This document shows, piece after piece, positions 8,135 to 18,107 of a DNA stretch of 64,000 nt. Position 1 is the stretch's first letter, and each line of letters starts with the position of its first letter. The notes below the pieces were generated by a model. It was not told the origin of the DNA. It saw only the letters and a program-made list of their open reading frames with translations, and searched no databases. Made by a program: the position numbers and the translations under genes. Origin of the DNA: Ereboglobus luteus (GTDB lineage Bacteria > Verrucomicrobiota > Verrucomicrobiia > Opitutales > Opitutaceae); contig NZ_CP023004.1 of NCBI RefSeq assembly GCF_003096195.1, forward strand, positions 37,299-101,298, written 5' to 3'.

Positions 8135-9451
8135 ATGCACCGTCGCCGCTTCATCAAAACCCTCGCAGCCACCGGCGCCGCCGCGGCGGCGATCCCGCAA
8201 ATCCTGCGCGCGCAACCCGCCGCCCGCGCCGCCGCGAACTCGCGTCTAGCCATCGGCGTCATCGGCACCGGAGGCCAAGGGCTCAACATCATGGGCCAGG
8301 CCCTCGCCAGCCCGCTCGCGCAAGTGGTCGCCGTGTGCGACGTCGACAGCACACACGCCGAAAACGGACGCGCCCGCGTCGAAAAAGCCTATTCCGAAAA
8401 TTCACCCACCGGCGCCTGGCGCGGCTGCGCCGTTTACCGCGACTACCGCGAACTCCTCGCGCGCCCCGACATCGACGCCGTGCTCATCGGCAGCCCCGAC
8501 CACTGGCACGCCCTCCACACCATCCACGCCGCCCGCGCCGGAAAACACATCTTCTGCGAAAAGCCCGCCGCCACCACGCTCGACGAATCCCGAGCCATGA
8601 TCAACGCCGTCGCCCGCGCCGGAGTCGCCTGCCAGATCGGCTCCATGCAACGCTCCTGGGCCGAGTTCCAGCGCGCCATCGCCCTCGCGCGCGGCGGTTA
8701 TCTTGGCAAAATCACCTCAGTCAAAGTCGGCCTCCCCGCCGGGGCCACGCTCCCCAAGAACCCCGACGCCCCGCGCCCGCAACCCGTCCCGCCCGAGCTC
8801 GACTACGAACTCTGGCTCGGCCCCGCGCCCTACCGCCCCTATTTCGAGCAAGGCACGCATTATTTCTGGCGGCACAACTTCGCATTCTCCGGCGGACGCC
8901 TCACCGACTGGATCGGCCACCACCACGACATCGCCATGCTCGCCACCGGCGTCGAAAACCAGCTCCCCGTCGCCATCCGCAACGCCCGCGCCACCTTCAT
9001 CGAAGGCCGCGCGCTCTTCAACACCGCCTGGACCTACAACTTCGACGCCCACTACGCCAACGGCACCGTCATCAACCTCTGTGACAAAAACCGCCTCGGC
9101 GTCACGATTGAGGGCACCGAAGGCACGATTCACGTCACACGCGGACGCATCACGCACAGCACGTCCCTCCTCGAACGCGTCATCATTCCCCCGTGGAAAA
9201 ATCCCCTCGCCCGCGGCGTGCGCGGCCACATGGACAACTTCATCGACTGCGCGCTCCACGGCGGCGAACCCCGATGCCCCGTCATCAGCTCGCACGCGGC
9301 GGTCGGCGCCGGCATTCTCGCCAACGCCGCCTTCCGCTCCGGCCGGGCCAGCCTCGACATCGACCTAAAAACCGAGCGCGCCATCAACGCCCCCGACGCC
9401 AACGCCTTCCTCAAAAAAGTTTACCGCGCCCCGTGGGCCTTCCCCGCCTAA
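8135..9451 (+). CDS. Gfo/Idh/MocA family oxidoreductase with Tat signal peptide.
   Basis: MHRRRFIKTLAATGAAAAA twin-arginine signal; Rossmann GVIGTGGQG; EKP motif in IFCEKPAA. Confidence 0.8.
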   Translation: MHRRRFIKTLAATGAAAAAIPQILRAQPAARAAANSRLAIGVIGTGGQGLNIMGQALASPLAQVVAVCDVDSTHAENGRARVEKAYSENSPTGAWRGCAVYRDYRELLARPDIDAVLIGSPDHWHALHTIHAARAGKHIFCEKPAATTLDESRAMINAVARAGVACQIGSMQRSWAEFQRAIALARGGYLGKITSVKVGLPAGATLPKNPDAPRPQPVPPELDYELWLGPAPYRPYFEQGTHYFWRHNFAFSGGRLTDWIGHHHDIAMLATGVENQLPVAIRNARATFIEGRALFNTAWTYNFDAHYANGTVINLCDKNRLGVTIEGTEGTIHVTRGRITHSTSLLERVIIPPWKNPLARGVRGHMDNFIDCALHGGEPRCPVISSHAAVGAGILANAAFRSGRASLDIDLKTERAINAPDANAFLKKVYRAPWAFPA

Positions 9452-9460
9452 AAAATCCTC

Positions 9461-9590
9461 GGCTCATCAGTCCTACCTGTCCCATCGGTCATATCCCGTC
9501 CCATTAGTCCCATTTCCTAAAAATGAAACACCGCCTACACCGCGCCCTCCTACTTTCGCTCTTTACCCTTCACACTTCACTCTTTCTCCC
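9461..9590. repeat. Partial/composite element: GTCCCAT-repeat tract, core-start motif AAAAATGAAACAC (containing the ATG of the ThuA-HEAT gene) and one CACCCTTCAC-type arm that encodes the signal peptide.
   Basis: The AAATGAAACAC motif is shared with the cores at 2967-2977 and 49421-49431; the arm CTTTACCCTTCACACTTCACTCTTTCTCC matches the right arms of 2944-3057 and 5853-5968. Confidence 0.4.
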
Positions 9591-12195
9591 GGCGAAGCCG
9601 GGGGAACAATTTCCGCCACTCACCCCGCAGGAAACATCCGCCATCTTCGCCGCCGCGCCCGAGGACGCCCGCGCCAAACCGCAACGCCCGCGCAAGCTCC
9701 TCGTCTTCTACCGCACCGAGGGTTTTGTCCACAAATCGATCCCCAACGCCAACCACGCGCTCAAGCTCATGGGCGAGCTGACCGGCGCCTACACCGTCAC
9801 CCTCAGCGACGACATGGCGCAATTCGAGCCCGCCGCGCTCGCCGCCTACGACGCCGTCGTCTTCAACAACACCAGCCGGCTCAAGTTCGAAAACCCCGTC
9901 CACCGCCGGGCGCTTCTCGACTTCGTGCGCAACGGCAAGGGCATGATCGGCATCCACGCCGGCTCCGACAACTTCCCCACGTGGACGGAAGGACAGGCGC
10001 TCATGGGCGGCGTTTTCCACAGTCACCCCTGGGTTGCGAGGGACACCGTCGCCGTGAAAAACGACGACCCCGGACACATCCTCAACACCGCCTTTGAAAA
10101 ACGCGGCTTCTGGATCACCGAGGAAATCTACCAGCACGTCGGCCCCTACAGCCGCGAAAAACAGCGCGTCCTCCTCAGCCTCGACATGAGCCGCGAGGAA
10201 AACAAACGCCCCGCCAACAAAATCGTCCGCGACGACAACGATTTCGGAATCAGTTGGCTCAAAACCGAGGGCAAAGGCCGCGTCTTCTACACCTCGCTCG
10301 GCCACAACAAAAATATCTTCGAGGTTCCGCAAATCCTCCAACACCTCCTCGACGGCATCCAATACGCCCTCGGCGACCTCGAAGCCGACGCCGTCCCCAG
10401 CGCGAAACTCAAAACCCAACCCAAGCCCGCCCTCGCGCCGGACATCAAAATCCCGCTCCAAACCCTGACAGTGCTCCCTTCGCTCAAATCTCTCGCCGCC
10501 TACGAAGTCGGCGACCCGCTCGGCCCCCAGCTCACCTACGAAAAATTTATTCGCACTCAAAACGCCGAACAACGCGCCGCCATTGAAACCGAACTCACCG
10601 AGCTCATTGCCGCTCCCCAAACAACCACCGACGCCAAGCGCGTTTTCCTAAACTGGCTCGGCTGGATCGGCACCGAAAAATCCATCCCCACGCTCACCGC
10701 CGTCGCGAAAAACCCCGACCTCGCCCACGCCGCCATCAGCGCACTCGCCACGATCAACGCGCCCAATGCAGATGACACCCTTCTCGTTATTGCGCGCGAC
10801 GGATTCATATCCGAACCCCTGCCGGCTTCTACGCGCATCGAGGCGCTCAATGCGATAGGCCAGCGACGCGATGAAAAACAAAAAGGCCTTTTCACTCAAT
10901 CGCTCGGAGCATTGGCGAAGGACAAGGATCCCGCCGTTGCTGAGGCGGCGCGCGAGGTTCTCGCCCGCATCGCACCTTCCGCCACACTCGTCGGTCAGGG
11001 CGAGCTGCTTCCAATGGACGAGAACAACGCCCTCCTTTATTCCGCCGACTCCTTTGTTCCAAAAGATGTCGCCCGTTTTCTAAAACACGCGGCCGACAAT
11101 CCGCGCATTAGCGCCGCGGTTGCCTGTCGCATGGTCACATCAGGCGACGTCAAAGTGTTGGAAGCCCTCGAACGCCGCCTGGACGACATTCCGACCGGCA
11201 TCCAAGTCCGCATGATGAACGCGCTCGCCGCCAACCCCGTGCCGATTGCCGCCTTTCCGCTCATCAACCGACTGCTCGCATCCAAAAACACCGAAGTGCG
11301 CATCGCCGCAATCGCCGCTGCCGGATCATGCGCCTACATTTCGAGTATCGAAAAACTCGTCGCCCTTCTTTCATCCGAAGACAAAGACATCGCTGCCGCG
11401 GCCTTCACCGCCCTCACACAAATTCCCGACGAAAACGGCCATGTAAACCTCACAATTTACGAGGAATGGAAAGGCATTGCGGAAACAAATCCTTTATCGA
11501 AAAAACGGCTCTCGAAACTTCTCCTCATTCTCGCCCAACGACAGGAATATGGCATGTTCAGGTTTGCCCTCGCCGACACCGCATCCGACGACAACGACCT
11601 TCGTGCCGCCGCCTTCGAAGCCGTCGCACTTCTCGTGCGCGAGGGCGATTTTCCGCAAATCCTCGAACTCGCAGCCAACATCAAGCGCCCCGCCGACCGA
11701 CGCGAGTGGACGAAGGCGCTCTACACCAGCGCCGCCATTCATCCCGTGTCCGCCGAAGCGGTCTCGCTCATCGAAAAACAACTCAACGCCGCCAAGCCCG
11801 CCGATCGCCCCTCGCTCATTGCCGCGCTCACCATGATCGACGCGCCCGAGGCCAAGTCCGTGCTCCACGCCATGCTCACCTCGCCCGACATCGACGCGCG
11901 CAAGGAAACCATTCGCGCCCTTAGCAGCGCGCGCGGCGAAACCGCCTACGAACTCCTCCTCGAGCGCATCACCGCCGCCCCCAGCGAATCCGAGCGCCTC
12001 CTCGCCCAGCGCGGCGCAATCGACACCGTCGATCACCTCGCAATCCCCGCCAACGACAAGGTCAAGGCCTACCGCAAACTTTGGAAAACCGCCCAAACGC
12101 AGGAAGCCAGGGACGCCATCATCGCCGCCGTCAAAAATCTAGGAAACAGCAGCGCCAAAAGATTCCTGAAGGAAATTTCCCAAGCCGAAAAATAA
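9523..12195 (+). CDS. Secreted ThuA-domain (class I glutamine amidotransferase-like) protein fused to C-terminal HEAT/armadillo repeats.
   Basis: ThuA block KLLVFYRTEGFVHKS..MIGIHAGSDNF..GHNKNIF; repetitive alpha-helical C-terminal half. N-terminal signal peptide MKHRLHRALLLSLFTLHTSLFLPA is encoded by palindromic-element sequence (see findings). Confidence 0.7.
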   Translation: MKHRLHRALLLSLFTLHTSLFLPAKPGEQFPPLTPQETSAIFAAAPEDARAKPQRPRKLLVFYRTEGFVHKSIPNANHALKLMGELTGAYTVTLSDDMAQFEPAALAAYDAVVFNNTSRLKFENPVHRRALLDFVRNGKGMIGIHAGSDNFPTWTEGQALMGGVFHSHPWVARDTVAVKNDDPGHILNTAFEKRGFWITEEIYQHVGPYSREKQRVLLSLDMSREENKRPANKIVRDDNDFGISWLKTEGKGRVFYTSLGHNKNIFEVPQILQHLLDGIQYALGDLEADAVPSAKLKTQPKPALAPDIKIPLQTLTVLPSLKSLAAYEVGDPLGPQLTYEKFIRTQNAEQRAAIETELTELIAAPQTTTDAKRVFLNWLGWIGTEKSIPTLTAVAKNPDLAHAAISALATINAPNADDTLLVIARDGFISEPLPASTRIEALNAIGQRRDEKQKGLFTQSLGALAKDKDPAVAEAAREVLARIAPSATLVGQGELLPMDENNALLYSADSFVPKDVARFLKHAADNPRISAAVACRMVTSGDVKVLEALERRLDDIPTGIQVRMMNALAANPVPIAAFPLINRLLASKNTEVRIAAIAAAGSCAYISSIEKLVALLSSEDKDIAAAAFTALTQIPDENGHVNLTIYEEWKGIAETNPLSKKRLSKLLLILAQRQEYGMFRFALADTASDDNDLRAAAFEAVALLVREGDFPQILELAANIKRPADRREWTKALYTSAAIHPVSAEAVSLIEKQLNAAKPADRPSLIAALTMIDAPEAKSVLHAMLTSPDIDARKETIRALSSARGETAYELLLERITAAPSESERLLAQRGAIDTVDHLAIPANDKVKAYRKLWKTAQTQEARDAIIAAVKNLGNSSAKRFLKEISQAEK

Positions 12196-12265
12196 CACCG
12201 CAACAAACGCGCGGCCGTTGAATGCGTTTTATTAGAACTCTTTTGGTTCATTCAGTCGCCTTTGA

Positions 12266-12325
12266 GGTAGGGCGAACCGTCTCGGTGAGCCGAAAATATT
12301 GCGACTCACCGAGACGGTTCGCCCC
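12266..12325. repeat. REP-like hairpin, GGTAGGGCGAACCGTCTCGGTGAGCCG..CGACTCACCGAGACGGTTCGCCCC (~22-bp stem), downstream of the ThuA-HEAT gene.
   Basis: One of three copies with conserved ends GGTAGGGCGAA / TTCGCCC. Confidence 0.6.
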
Positions 12326-12461
12326 GCCAAAAGGCATCCCCCCGCCGCGCCAAGTTAAATCAACGCATCTCTAAGCACACCTGGGTCAATGGGATTTTCC
12401 CACGCCGCCAGCACTCCATTCAGGTTGCCCTATTTTATATTTTGTCCAACGACTCATAAAT

Positions 12462-12537
12462 TGGAGGCGCGGGCCGGAATCGAACCGGCGCATAGAGGTT
12501 TTGCAGACCTCGGCCTTACCACTTGGCTACCGCGCCC
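12462..12537 (-). tRNA. tRNA-Cys (anticodon GCA), 76 nt including CCA.
   Basis: Reverse complement GGGCGCGGTAGCCAAGTGGTAAGGCCGAGGTCTGCAAAACCTCTATGCGCCGGTTCGATTCCGGCCCGCGCCTCCA; 7-bp acceptor stem, GTTCGATTCC T-arm, anticodon loop CTGCAAA. Confidence 0.9.
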
Positions 12538-12998
12538 ATCTCAGTCTTATTCAGTGCTTTCCATATACGCTCATTCTATTTCTGCTCATTTCACACCGAT
12601 AGTTCGCACTTTCGGTGCATGCGCAGGAAAAAAATGAAACGCTGGAAAAGAACCAATGCGGCAACTCTGTGGCAAGCTGCCTCGACTGGCGGGCATTGCG
12701 CCCGCGTGAAGGGGAACGGAAAAGAAAAGTGACGCTGCCTCAAGACTAAACTTTCATCTGGTGCGAAATTACATCCCGCGGTTCCGATTACCGAGGCGAT
12801 TGCCATCACCAAAACACCGCCTGCCGCCGCGTCCTTTGCCCGACACAATTCCCATGCCCGCTCCGCGCGAGCAAACCGCGTTTTCCGCTGTTGACCGAGT
12901 CCCCCAAACACCTAGTTTTCACAGTTTCGCACATCAATAAAACTGAACCATTTGACACAAGCTGCAGTCTCACCCATCGGCAAACGATTCGTTCATCC

Positions 12999-14108
12999 AT
13001 GATATTTACCCGTTTTCACGCAACCAGTCTCCCTGCCGCCGCGCTCGCGGCGATCCTTTGCACAACTGCAGCATCCCCCAACCTCGGCGCCCAGTCGCCG
13101 TCGCTCCTTGATCCCGGTGCCGGCTCGATGTCGCTGGTTCCGGACATGCCCGCTCCCGCGCCCCAGCAGGCTGAACCCGCCGCGCCTCAGGAAATGGATC
13201 TTCGCCTTCAAAACGCCATCGTCGCCGTCGTCGAGGAGAAGGCGATCACGATGGACGACATCCGCCGCGAAATCACCCCCCTCCTCCCCCAGATCATACG
13301 CGAATCGACGAGCGAGCAGGATTACCTAAACAAAATCCAGGCGCTTCAGGACGACATTGTGCAAAACCACATTGATCGCGCCCTCATCGTAAAGGAATTC
13401 TACAAGGAAAAAGACGGCGAGCCCGTGAAAAGCATTCCCGCCAGCTACATCGACAACCAGCTTGAGGAAATCATCATCACGCAATACGACAACGACCGCT
13501 CAAAGTTCCTCGCCTACCTGCGCGCCAAGGGCCAGACCATCCGCGAATTCCGCAAGGAAATCGAGGAGGACATGATCAACGGCTACATGCGCCAGCAGCA
13601 ACGCAAGAGCCAGAGCGTCGTCAGCCCCGTGAAAGTCGAAACCTTCTACCGCGAAAACAAGGACAGGTTTTATCAAGACGACCAAGTCCACCTCCGCCTC
13701 ATCCAGTTCACGCGCAACAACCAGACCGACGGCGAGCTCATCTCCAAGGCAAACGATGTGGTCAATCGCATGAAAAACGGCGAGAAATTCGAGGACATCG
13801 CCAAGGAGGTCAGCCAGGACACTCGCCGCAGCAAGGGCGGCGACTGGGGCTGGCAAAAACGCAGCGATCTCAAGGCCGAGCTCAGCGAGCCGCTCTTCAA
13901 GTTGCAAAAAGGCGAGGTCACCGAACCGATTCTCATGCCCGAGGGCGCGTTTCTCATGTATGTCGAGGATCGCAAATACGCCGGCATCCAGCCCATCGAC
14001 GAGGTCCGCGACCAGATCGAGCGCATCGTCCTCCAGCAAATGGCCCGCGCCAGCCAGGAGCAGTGGCTCGAACGCCTCCGCCGCAACGGCTACATAAAAT
14101 ATTTTTAA
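12999..14108 (+). CDS. SurA-like chaperone / PpiC-type (parvulin) peptidyl-prolyl isomerase, secreted.
   Basis: Signal peptide MIFTRFHATSLPAAALAAILC; SurA N-domain-like region; parvulin motif KGGDWGWQKRSDL..PLFKLQKGEVTEPI. Confidence 0.7.
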   Translation: MIFTRFHATSLPAAALAAILCTTAASPNLGAQSPSLLDPGAGSMSLVPDMPAPAPQQAEPAAPQEMDLRLQNAIVAVVEEKAITMDDIRREITPLLPQIIRESTSEQDYLNKIQALQDDIVQNHIDRALIVKEFYKEKDGEPVKSIPASYIDNQLEEIIITQYDNDRSKFLAYLRAKGQTIREFRKEIEEDMINGYMRQQQRKSQSVVSPVKVETFYRENKDRFYQDDQVHLRLIQFTRNNQTDGELISKANDVVNRMKNGEKFEDIAKEVSQDTRRSKGGDWGWQKRSDLKAELSEPLFKLQKGEVTEPILMPEGAFLMYVEDRKYAGIQPIDEVRDQIERIVLQQMARASQEQWLERLRRNGYIKYF

Positions 14109-14142
14109 CAGGCGCCCGCCACTTGAACCCCAGTCTGATCGT

Positions 14143-14173
14143 AAGGGCGGCATCACAGCCGCCCTTGTTTTTT
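14143..14173 (+). terminator. Rho-independent terminator after the SurA-like gene.
   Basis: AAGGGCGGC-ATCACA-GCCGCCCTT followed by GTTTTTT. Confidence 0.6.
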
Positions 14174-14303
14174 GCCCCGTGTTTTCCTTGCTGAAAATTT
14201 TGCCCCGGCGCCCCCGAAAAAGTCTCAATCGCCCCGACACACACGCGCAATCGCGCCGCCTTTATTTGCCTTTTTCAAACAAATCCGCACATTGCGCTCC
14301 ATC

Positions 14304-14684
14304 ATGATTAAAAAACTTCTCCACACGCGGATGCGCGTGAACGACATCGAAAAAACAGTTCGCTTTTACGTCGACGTGCTTGGGCTCAAGGTCTCCGCCG
14401 ACACCGTTTCGCCGCGCGGCGCGCGCCTTGTTTTTATCCGGACACCCAACAGCGACGAGGAGATCGAGCTCTGCCAGTTGCCGAACAGCGAACCCGTCAG
14501 CGTGCAACCCGACCTCATGCATCTCGCGTTTCAAGTGGACGACCTCGCCGCCTTCGCTTCCGGGCTTGAAAAGAAGGGCGTCAAGCTAAGCGACGGTCCG
14601 ACCAAAACCATCGATGGCGACCTGATCGCATTCATCGACGCCCCCGAAGGCTACGAGGTGGAATTGATTCAAAAGACCCGGTAA
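14304..14684 (+). CDS. VOC/glyoxalase I family protein.
   Basis: MIKKLLHTRMRVNDIEKTVRFYVDVLGLK..HLAFQVDD..GYEVELIQ, typical lactoylglutathione lyase fold motifs. Confidence 0.7.
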   Translation: MIKKLLHTRMRVNDIEKTVRFYVDVLGLKVSADTVSPRGARLVFIRTPNSDEEIELCQLPNSEPVSVQPDLMHLAFQVDDLAAFASGLEKKGVKLSDGPTKTIDGDLIAFIDAPEGYEVELIQKTR

Positions 14685-14800
14685 AACGCGAAACTGCGTT
14701 TTGCGCGGACCGCTTTCGCGAGGGCAAGCGCCCGTCTTCTATCTTCGCGCATCACGCCATTGACCGCGCGGGCAACGTTCTTTTTTCTCTCAGGTTTTTC

Positions 14801-16687
14801 ATGCTCACTCTGGCCGACGTTTCCAAATCCTACGGCACGCGCGAACTCTTCAGCGACGTGTCGCTCTTCATTGCGCGCACCGACCGCCTCGGCCTCGTCG
14901 GCGCCAATGGCGCCGGCAAAACCACGCTCTTCAACCTCATCCTCGGCGAGGAGTGCGCCGACACCGGCACCATCGAATGGGAGCGCGGCGCCGACTTCGG
15001 TTTTCTCCCGCAGGAAAGCGCGCCCGTCGGCGACGAGACCATCCTCGAAATCGCCACCAGCGGCAAACAACTCGAACCGACCGAGGACAACTGGGACATC
15101 GACTACACGCTCGAACCGCGCGCCAAGCGCATCCTCGCCGGCCTCGGCTTCCGCGAGGGCGACCACCACAAGCAGGCGAAAACATTTTCCGGCGGCTGGG
15201 TCATGCGTGCCCACCTCGCGCGCCTCCTCGTCTCCGAACCCTCGCTCCTCCTCCTCGACGAACCCACCAACCACCTCGACCTCGAGGCGCTGCTCTGGTT
15301 TCAGGATTACCTCACGCGCTACCCCGGCGGCCTCGTCGTCATCTCGCACGACCGCGCGTTCCTCAACGCCCTCTGCACCGGCATCCTCGAACTGCGCGCC
15401 GGCACGCTCCACTACTACCACGGCAACTACGACAACTACGTCACCGAAAAGGAGGCGCGCAAAGCCCAGCAGGCCGCCCTCTACAAAAACCAGCAGCGCG
15501 AAATCGCCCACTTGCAGGAATTCGTGGACCGCTTCGGCGCCAAGGCCACCCTCGCCTCGCGCGCCAAGTCCAAGGAAAAACAAATCGCCCGCCTCAAGGA
15601 GGAGGCCATCGAGGAACCGCTCGACGAACTCAAGCGCATCAACTTCCGCTTTCCCCAGCCCGCGCGCTCCGGCCTGAAAGTCGTCGAGCTGAAGGACGTT
15701 TACCAAGCCTACGGCGACCATGTCGTGTATCGCGGCGACCTCGAATTCATGGCCGAGCGCGGCCAGCGCATCGTGCTCGTCGGCCCCAACGGCGCGGGCA
15801 AATCCACGCTCCTCAAAATCCTCGCCGACGTCATCCCGATCCAGGGCGGCACGCGCGAACTCGGCGCAAACGTCACCGCCGGTTATTTCGCGCAAAACCG
15901 CCTCGACACCCTGCGCGCCGACGCGACCGTCTTCGACAACGTCATGGAGCTGCGCACCGCCGAGAACCAGCTCACCGAGCAACAAGTGCGCGCCATCCTC
16001 GGCGCGTTCCTCTTCCGCAAGGACGACGTTTTCAAAAAAGTTTCCGTGCTCTCCGGCGGTGAAAAATCGCGACTCGCCCTCGCGCGCCTGCTCGTCAACC
16101 CGCCCAACCTCCTCCTCATGGACGAGCCGACGACGCACCTCGACATCCCCTCGATCGACGCGCTCATCGGCGCGCTGAAAAACTACGCGGGCACGCTCAT
16201 CTTCATCAGTCACGACGTGTATTTCATCAAGCAAATCGCTCAGCACGTCCTCCACATCAACGCCGGCCGCCTCACGCCCTACGCGGGCGATTACGATTAT
16301 TATTTGGAAAAATCCAAGGCCACCGACGCCCGCGCCGCGCTCACCACGGCCGGCTTCACCAACGCCCGCCCGCCGCAGGAAAAACAATCCGCCGCCGCCA
16401 CGGGAGCGTCGCAAACGGCTCCCGCCGCCGCACCGGCCAAACCCAGGCTCACCGCCAACCAGCTCCGCAAACTGCGCGAGGAAGTTGGCCAGTTGGAGAA
16501 ATATGTCTCCGAACTTGAGTCGCAGCAAAACCAGCTCACCGCCGAGCTCGAGGCGCCCGAAACCTACAACACGCCCGGCAAGGCGCAGCAGTTGAACCGC
16601 GACCTGTCGAGTGTCGTTGACCGCCTCCAAGCCGCCACCGCCGACTGGGAGGCCGCCGCCACCCGCCTGCTCGAAGCCGAGGGCTGA
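14801..16687 (+). CDS. ABC-F family ATPase (two ABC domains, no TMD; Uup/EttA-like) with C-terminal coiled coil.
   Basis: Two Walker A sites (GANGAGKTT, GPNGAGKST), two signatures (FSGGWVMRAHLA, LSGGEKSRLALA), inter-domain linker, C-terminal QLRKLREEVGQLEKYVSELESQQNQL. Confidence 0.85.
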   Translation: MLTLADVSKSYGTRELFSDVSLFIARTDRLGLVGANGAGKTTLFNLILGEECADTGTIEWERGADFGFLPQESAPVGDETILEIATSGKQLEPTEDNWDIDYTLEPRAKRILAGLGFREGDHHKQAKTFSGGWVMRAHLARLLVSEPSLLLLDEPTNHLDLEALLWFQDYLTRYPGGLVVISHDRAFLNALCTGILELRAGTLHYYHGNYDNYVTEKEARKAQQAALYKNQQREIAHLQEFVDRFGAKATLASRAKSKEKQIARLKEEAIEEPLDELKRINFRFPQPARSGLKVVELKDVYQAYGDHVVYRGDLEFMAERGQRIVLVGPNGAGKSTLLKILADVIPIQGGTRELGANVTAGYFAQNRLDTLRADATVFDNVMELRTAENQLTEQQVRAILGAFLFRKDDVFKKVSVLSGGEKSRLALARLLVNPPNLLLMDEPTTHLDIPSIDALIGALKNYAGTLIFISHDVYFIKQIAQHVLHINAGRLTPYAGDYDYYLEKSKATDARAALTTAGFTNARPPQEKQSAAATGASQTAPAAAPAKPRLTANQLRKLREEVGQLEKYVSELESQQNQLTAELEAPETYNTPGKAQQLNRDLSSVVDRLQAATADWEAAATRLLEAEG

Positions 16688-16779
16688 TGAATCAACGATA
16701 ACCGAGGGAACATGCGGAAAACTCTTTTCGTCATTTTTCCACTTGCCCGTCCCGCCGCGTTGCCAAGCATTTCCGCCCC

Positions 16780-17601
16780 GTGCTGCCAGAAACCGACTAT
16801 CGCATAAAACTTCCCGCCTTCGAAGGCCCGCTCGATCTCCTCCTTTTCCTGATCAAGAAAAACGAAATCGACATCTACGACATACCCATCGAGTCGGTCA
16901 CGCGCCAGTATATCGACGTCATTCACTCGCTCAAGGAGCTCGACCTCGAAATCGCCGGCGACTTTTTCGTGATGGCCGCCACGCTCATGGAAATCAAAAG
17001 CCGCATGCTCCTGCCCAAGGGCGAGCATGCCGTCGATCCCAACGCCTCCGACGACGACGCCATCGACCCGCGCTACGAACTCGTCCACCAACTCCTCCAA
17101 TACAAAAAGTTCAAGGAGGCCGCGCAGGAATTGCAGGGTCTCGCCACCTTCAACCACGACAAGCTCCCGCGCATCGTCAAATCCGACGCACCCGACGAAA
17201 GCGACCGTCCCCTCAAAAACGTCGACCGCATCGAACTCTGGAACGCGTTCAACATCATCCTGCGCCGCCTCGCCGAAAAACTCGTTGTCGGCGAAATCAA
17301 GGACGAGCAAATCACCGTGGCCGACCAGATGGAACACATCCTCGAGCGCATCCGCACCGAAAAGTCCTTCATATTTTCGAATCTTTTCCCCGGCAAAACC
17401 ACGCTTCGCACGCTCGTCGCCACCTTCATCGCCGTCCTCGAGCTCACGCGCCTGCACAAGCTGCGCATCAGCCAAAACGAAGCCTACTCCGACATCCTCT
17501 GCACGGCGGTCGAGGACGAGCCGGACGCCACATCCACCGGGCAGTCCGCGGAAAACTTCACCTCGGAGTTCGACGCGCCTCCCGGGGATGAGACCGCCTG
17601 A
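16780..17601 (+). CDS. scpA: Segregation and condensation protein A (ScpA).
   Basis: LPAFEGPLDLLLFLIKKNEIDIYDIPI..EIAGDFFVMAATLMEIKSRMLLP. Confidence 0.85.
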   Translation: MLPETDYRIKLPAFEGPLDLLLFLIKKNEIDIYDIPIESVTRQYIDVIHSLKELDLEIAGDFFVMAATLMEIKSRMLLPKGEHAVDPNASDDDAIDPRYELVHQLLQYKKFKEAAQELQGLATFNHDKLPRIVKSDAPDESDRPLKNVDRIELWNAFNIILRRLAEKLVVGEIKDEQITVADQMEHILERIRTEKSFIFSNLFPGKTTLRTLVATFIAVLELTRLHKLRISQNEAYSDILCTAVEDEPDATSTGQSAENFTSEFDAPPGDETA

Positions 17602-17611
17602 GGAATAACCG

Positions 17612-17672
17612 CGAAGAGGCGCAAAAAAATCATCGGCCGCCTTTATCTTTGCGCCTTTTGTGCTTTTTTGTG
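17612..17672 (+). terminator. Hairpin plus T-rich tract after scpA.
   Basis: AGGCGCAAA..TTTGCGCCT then TTTGTGCTTTTTTG. Confidence 0.35.
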
Positions 17673-17729
17673 GATATCGCCTTATTCAATCCTTGCGCCT
17701 TTCAACACCGCGCCCACCTTCTTTTTTCC

Positions 17730-18107
17730 GTGAGCAAATCGCCATCCAACGACGACAAATCCCCGAAGCGCCGCGGCCGCCCCGCCAAGCGCAAGCCCGC
17801 CGCGTCCAAAGCCGAAAAACCCACCGCAAAAAAAGCCAAGATCACCGCGCCCGCGATCAAGAAATCCCCAAGGAAACCCGCCGGCGCATCCGCCCTTCTC
17901 GGCATCGGCCTCGACAATGCGGACGGGCACAAGCGCGTCACCACCGGCGAGCAATTCGCCATCGTCGGCGGCTCCGAGCAAACGCACGAGCGCATGACTG
18001 AAACCGTCATCAAAACTTTCGAGGAGCTCAAACACCGCGGCAAATACCTCTCCCAAGTCGAGCGCGCCGAACTCGCCGAAATCATCCACAAGGCAACGCC
18101 GAGATAA
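17730..18107 (+). CDS. Small basic protein with a lysine/proline/alanine-rich histone H1/Hc1-like N-terminal tail (GTG start inferred).
   Basis: VSKSPSNDDKSPKRRGRPAKRKPAASKAEKPTAKKAKITAPAIKKSPRKPA followed by a folded-looking C-domain; no recognisable family beyond composition. Confidence 0.45.
   Translation: MSKSPSNDDKSPKRRGRPAKRKPAASKAEKPTAKKAKITAPAIKKSPRKPAGASALLGIGLDNADGHKRVTTGEQFAIVGGSEQTHERMTETVIKTFEELKHRGKYLSQVERAELAEIIHKATPR

Noticed and set aside
12462-12900. tRNA-Cys as an integration site for a genomic island (the 350-bp AT-rich gap next to it).
   Set aside because: No integrase, no duplicated tRNA 3' end / direct repeat; flanking genes are ordinary housekeeping.
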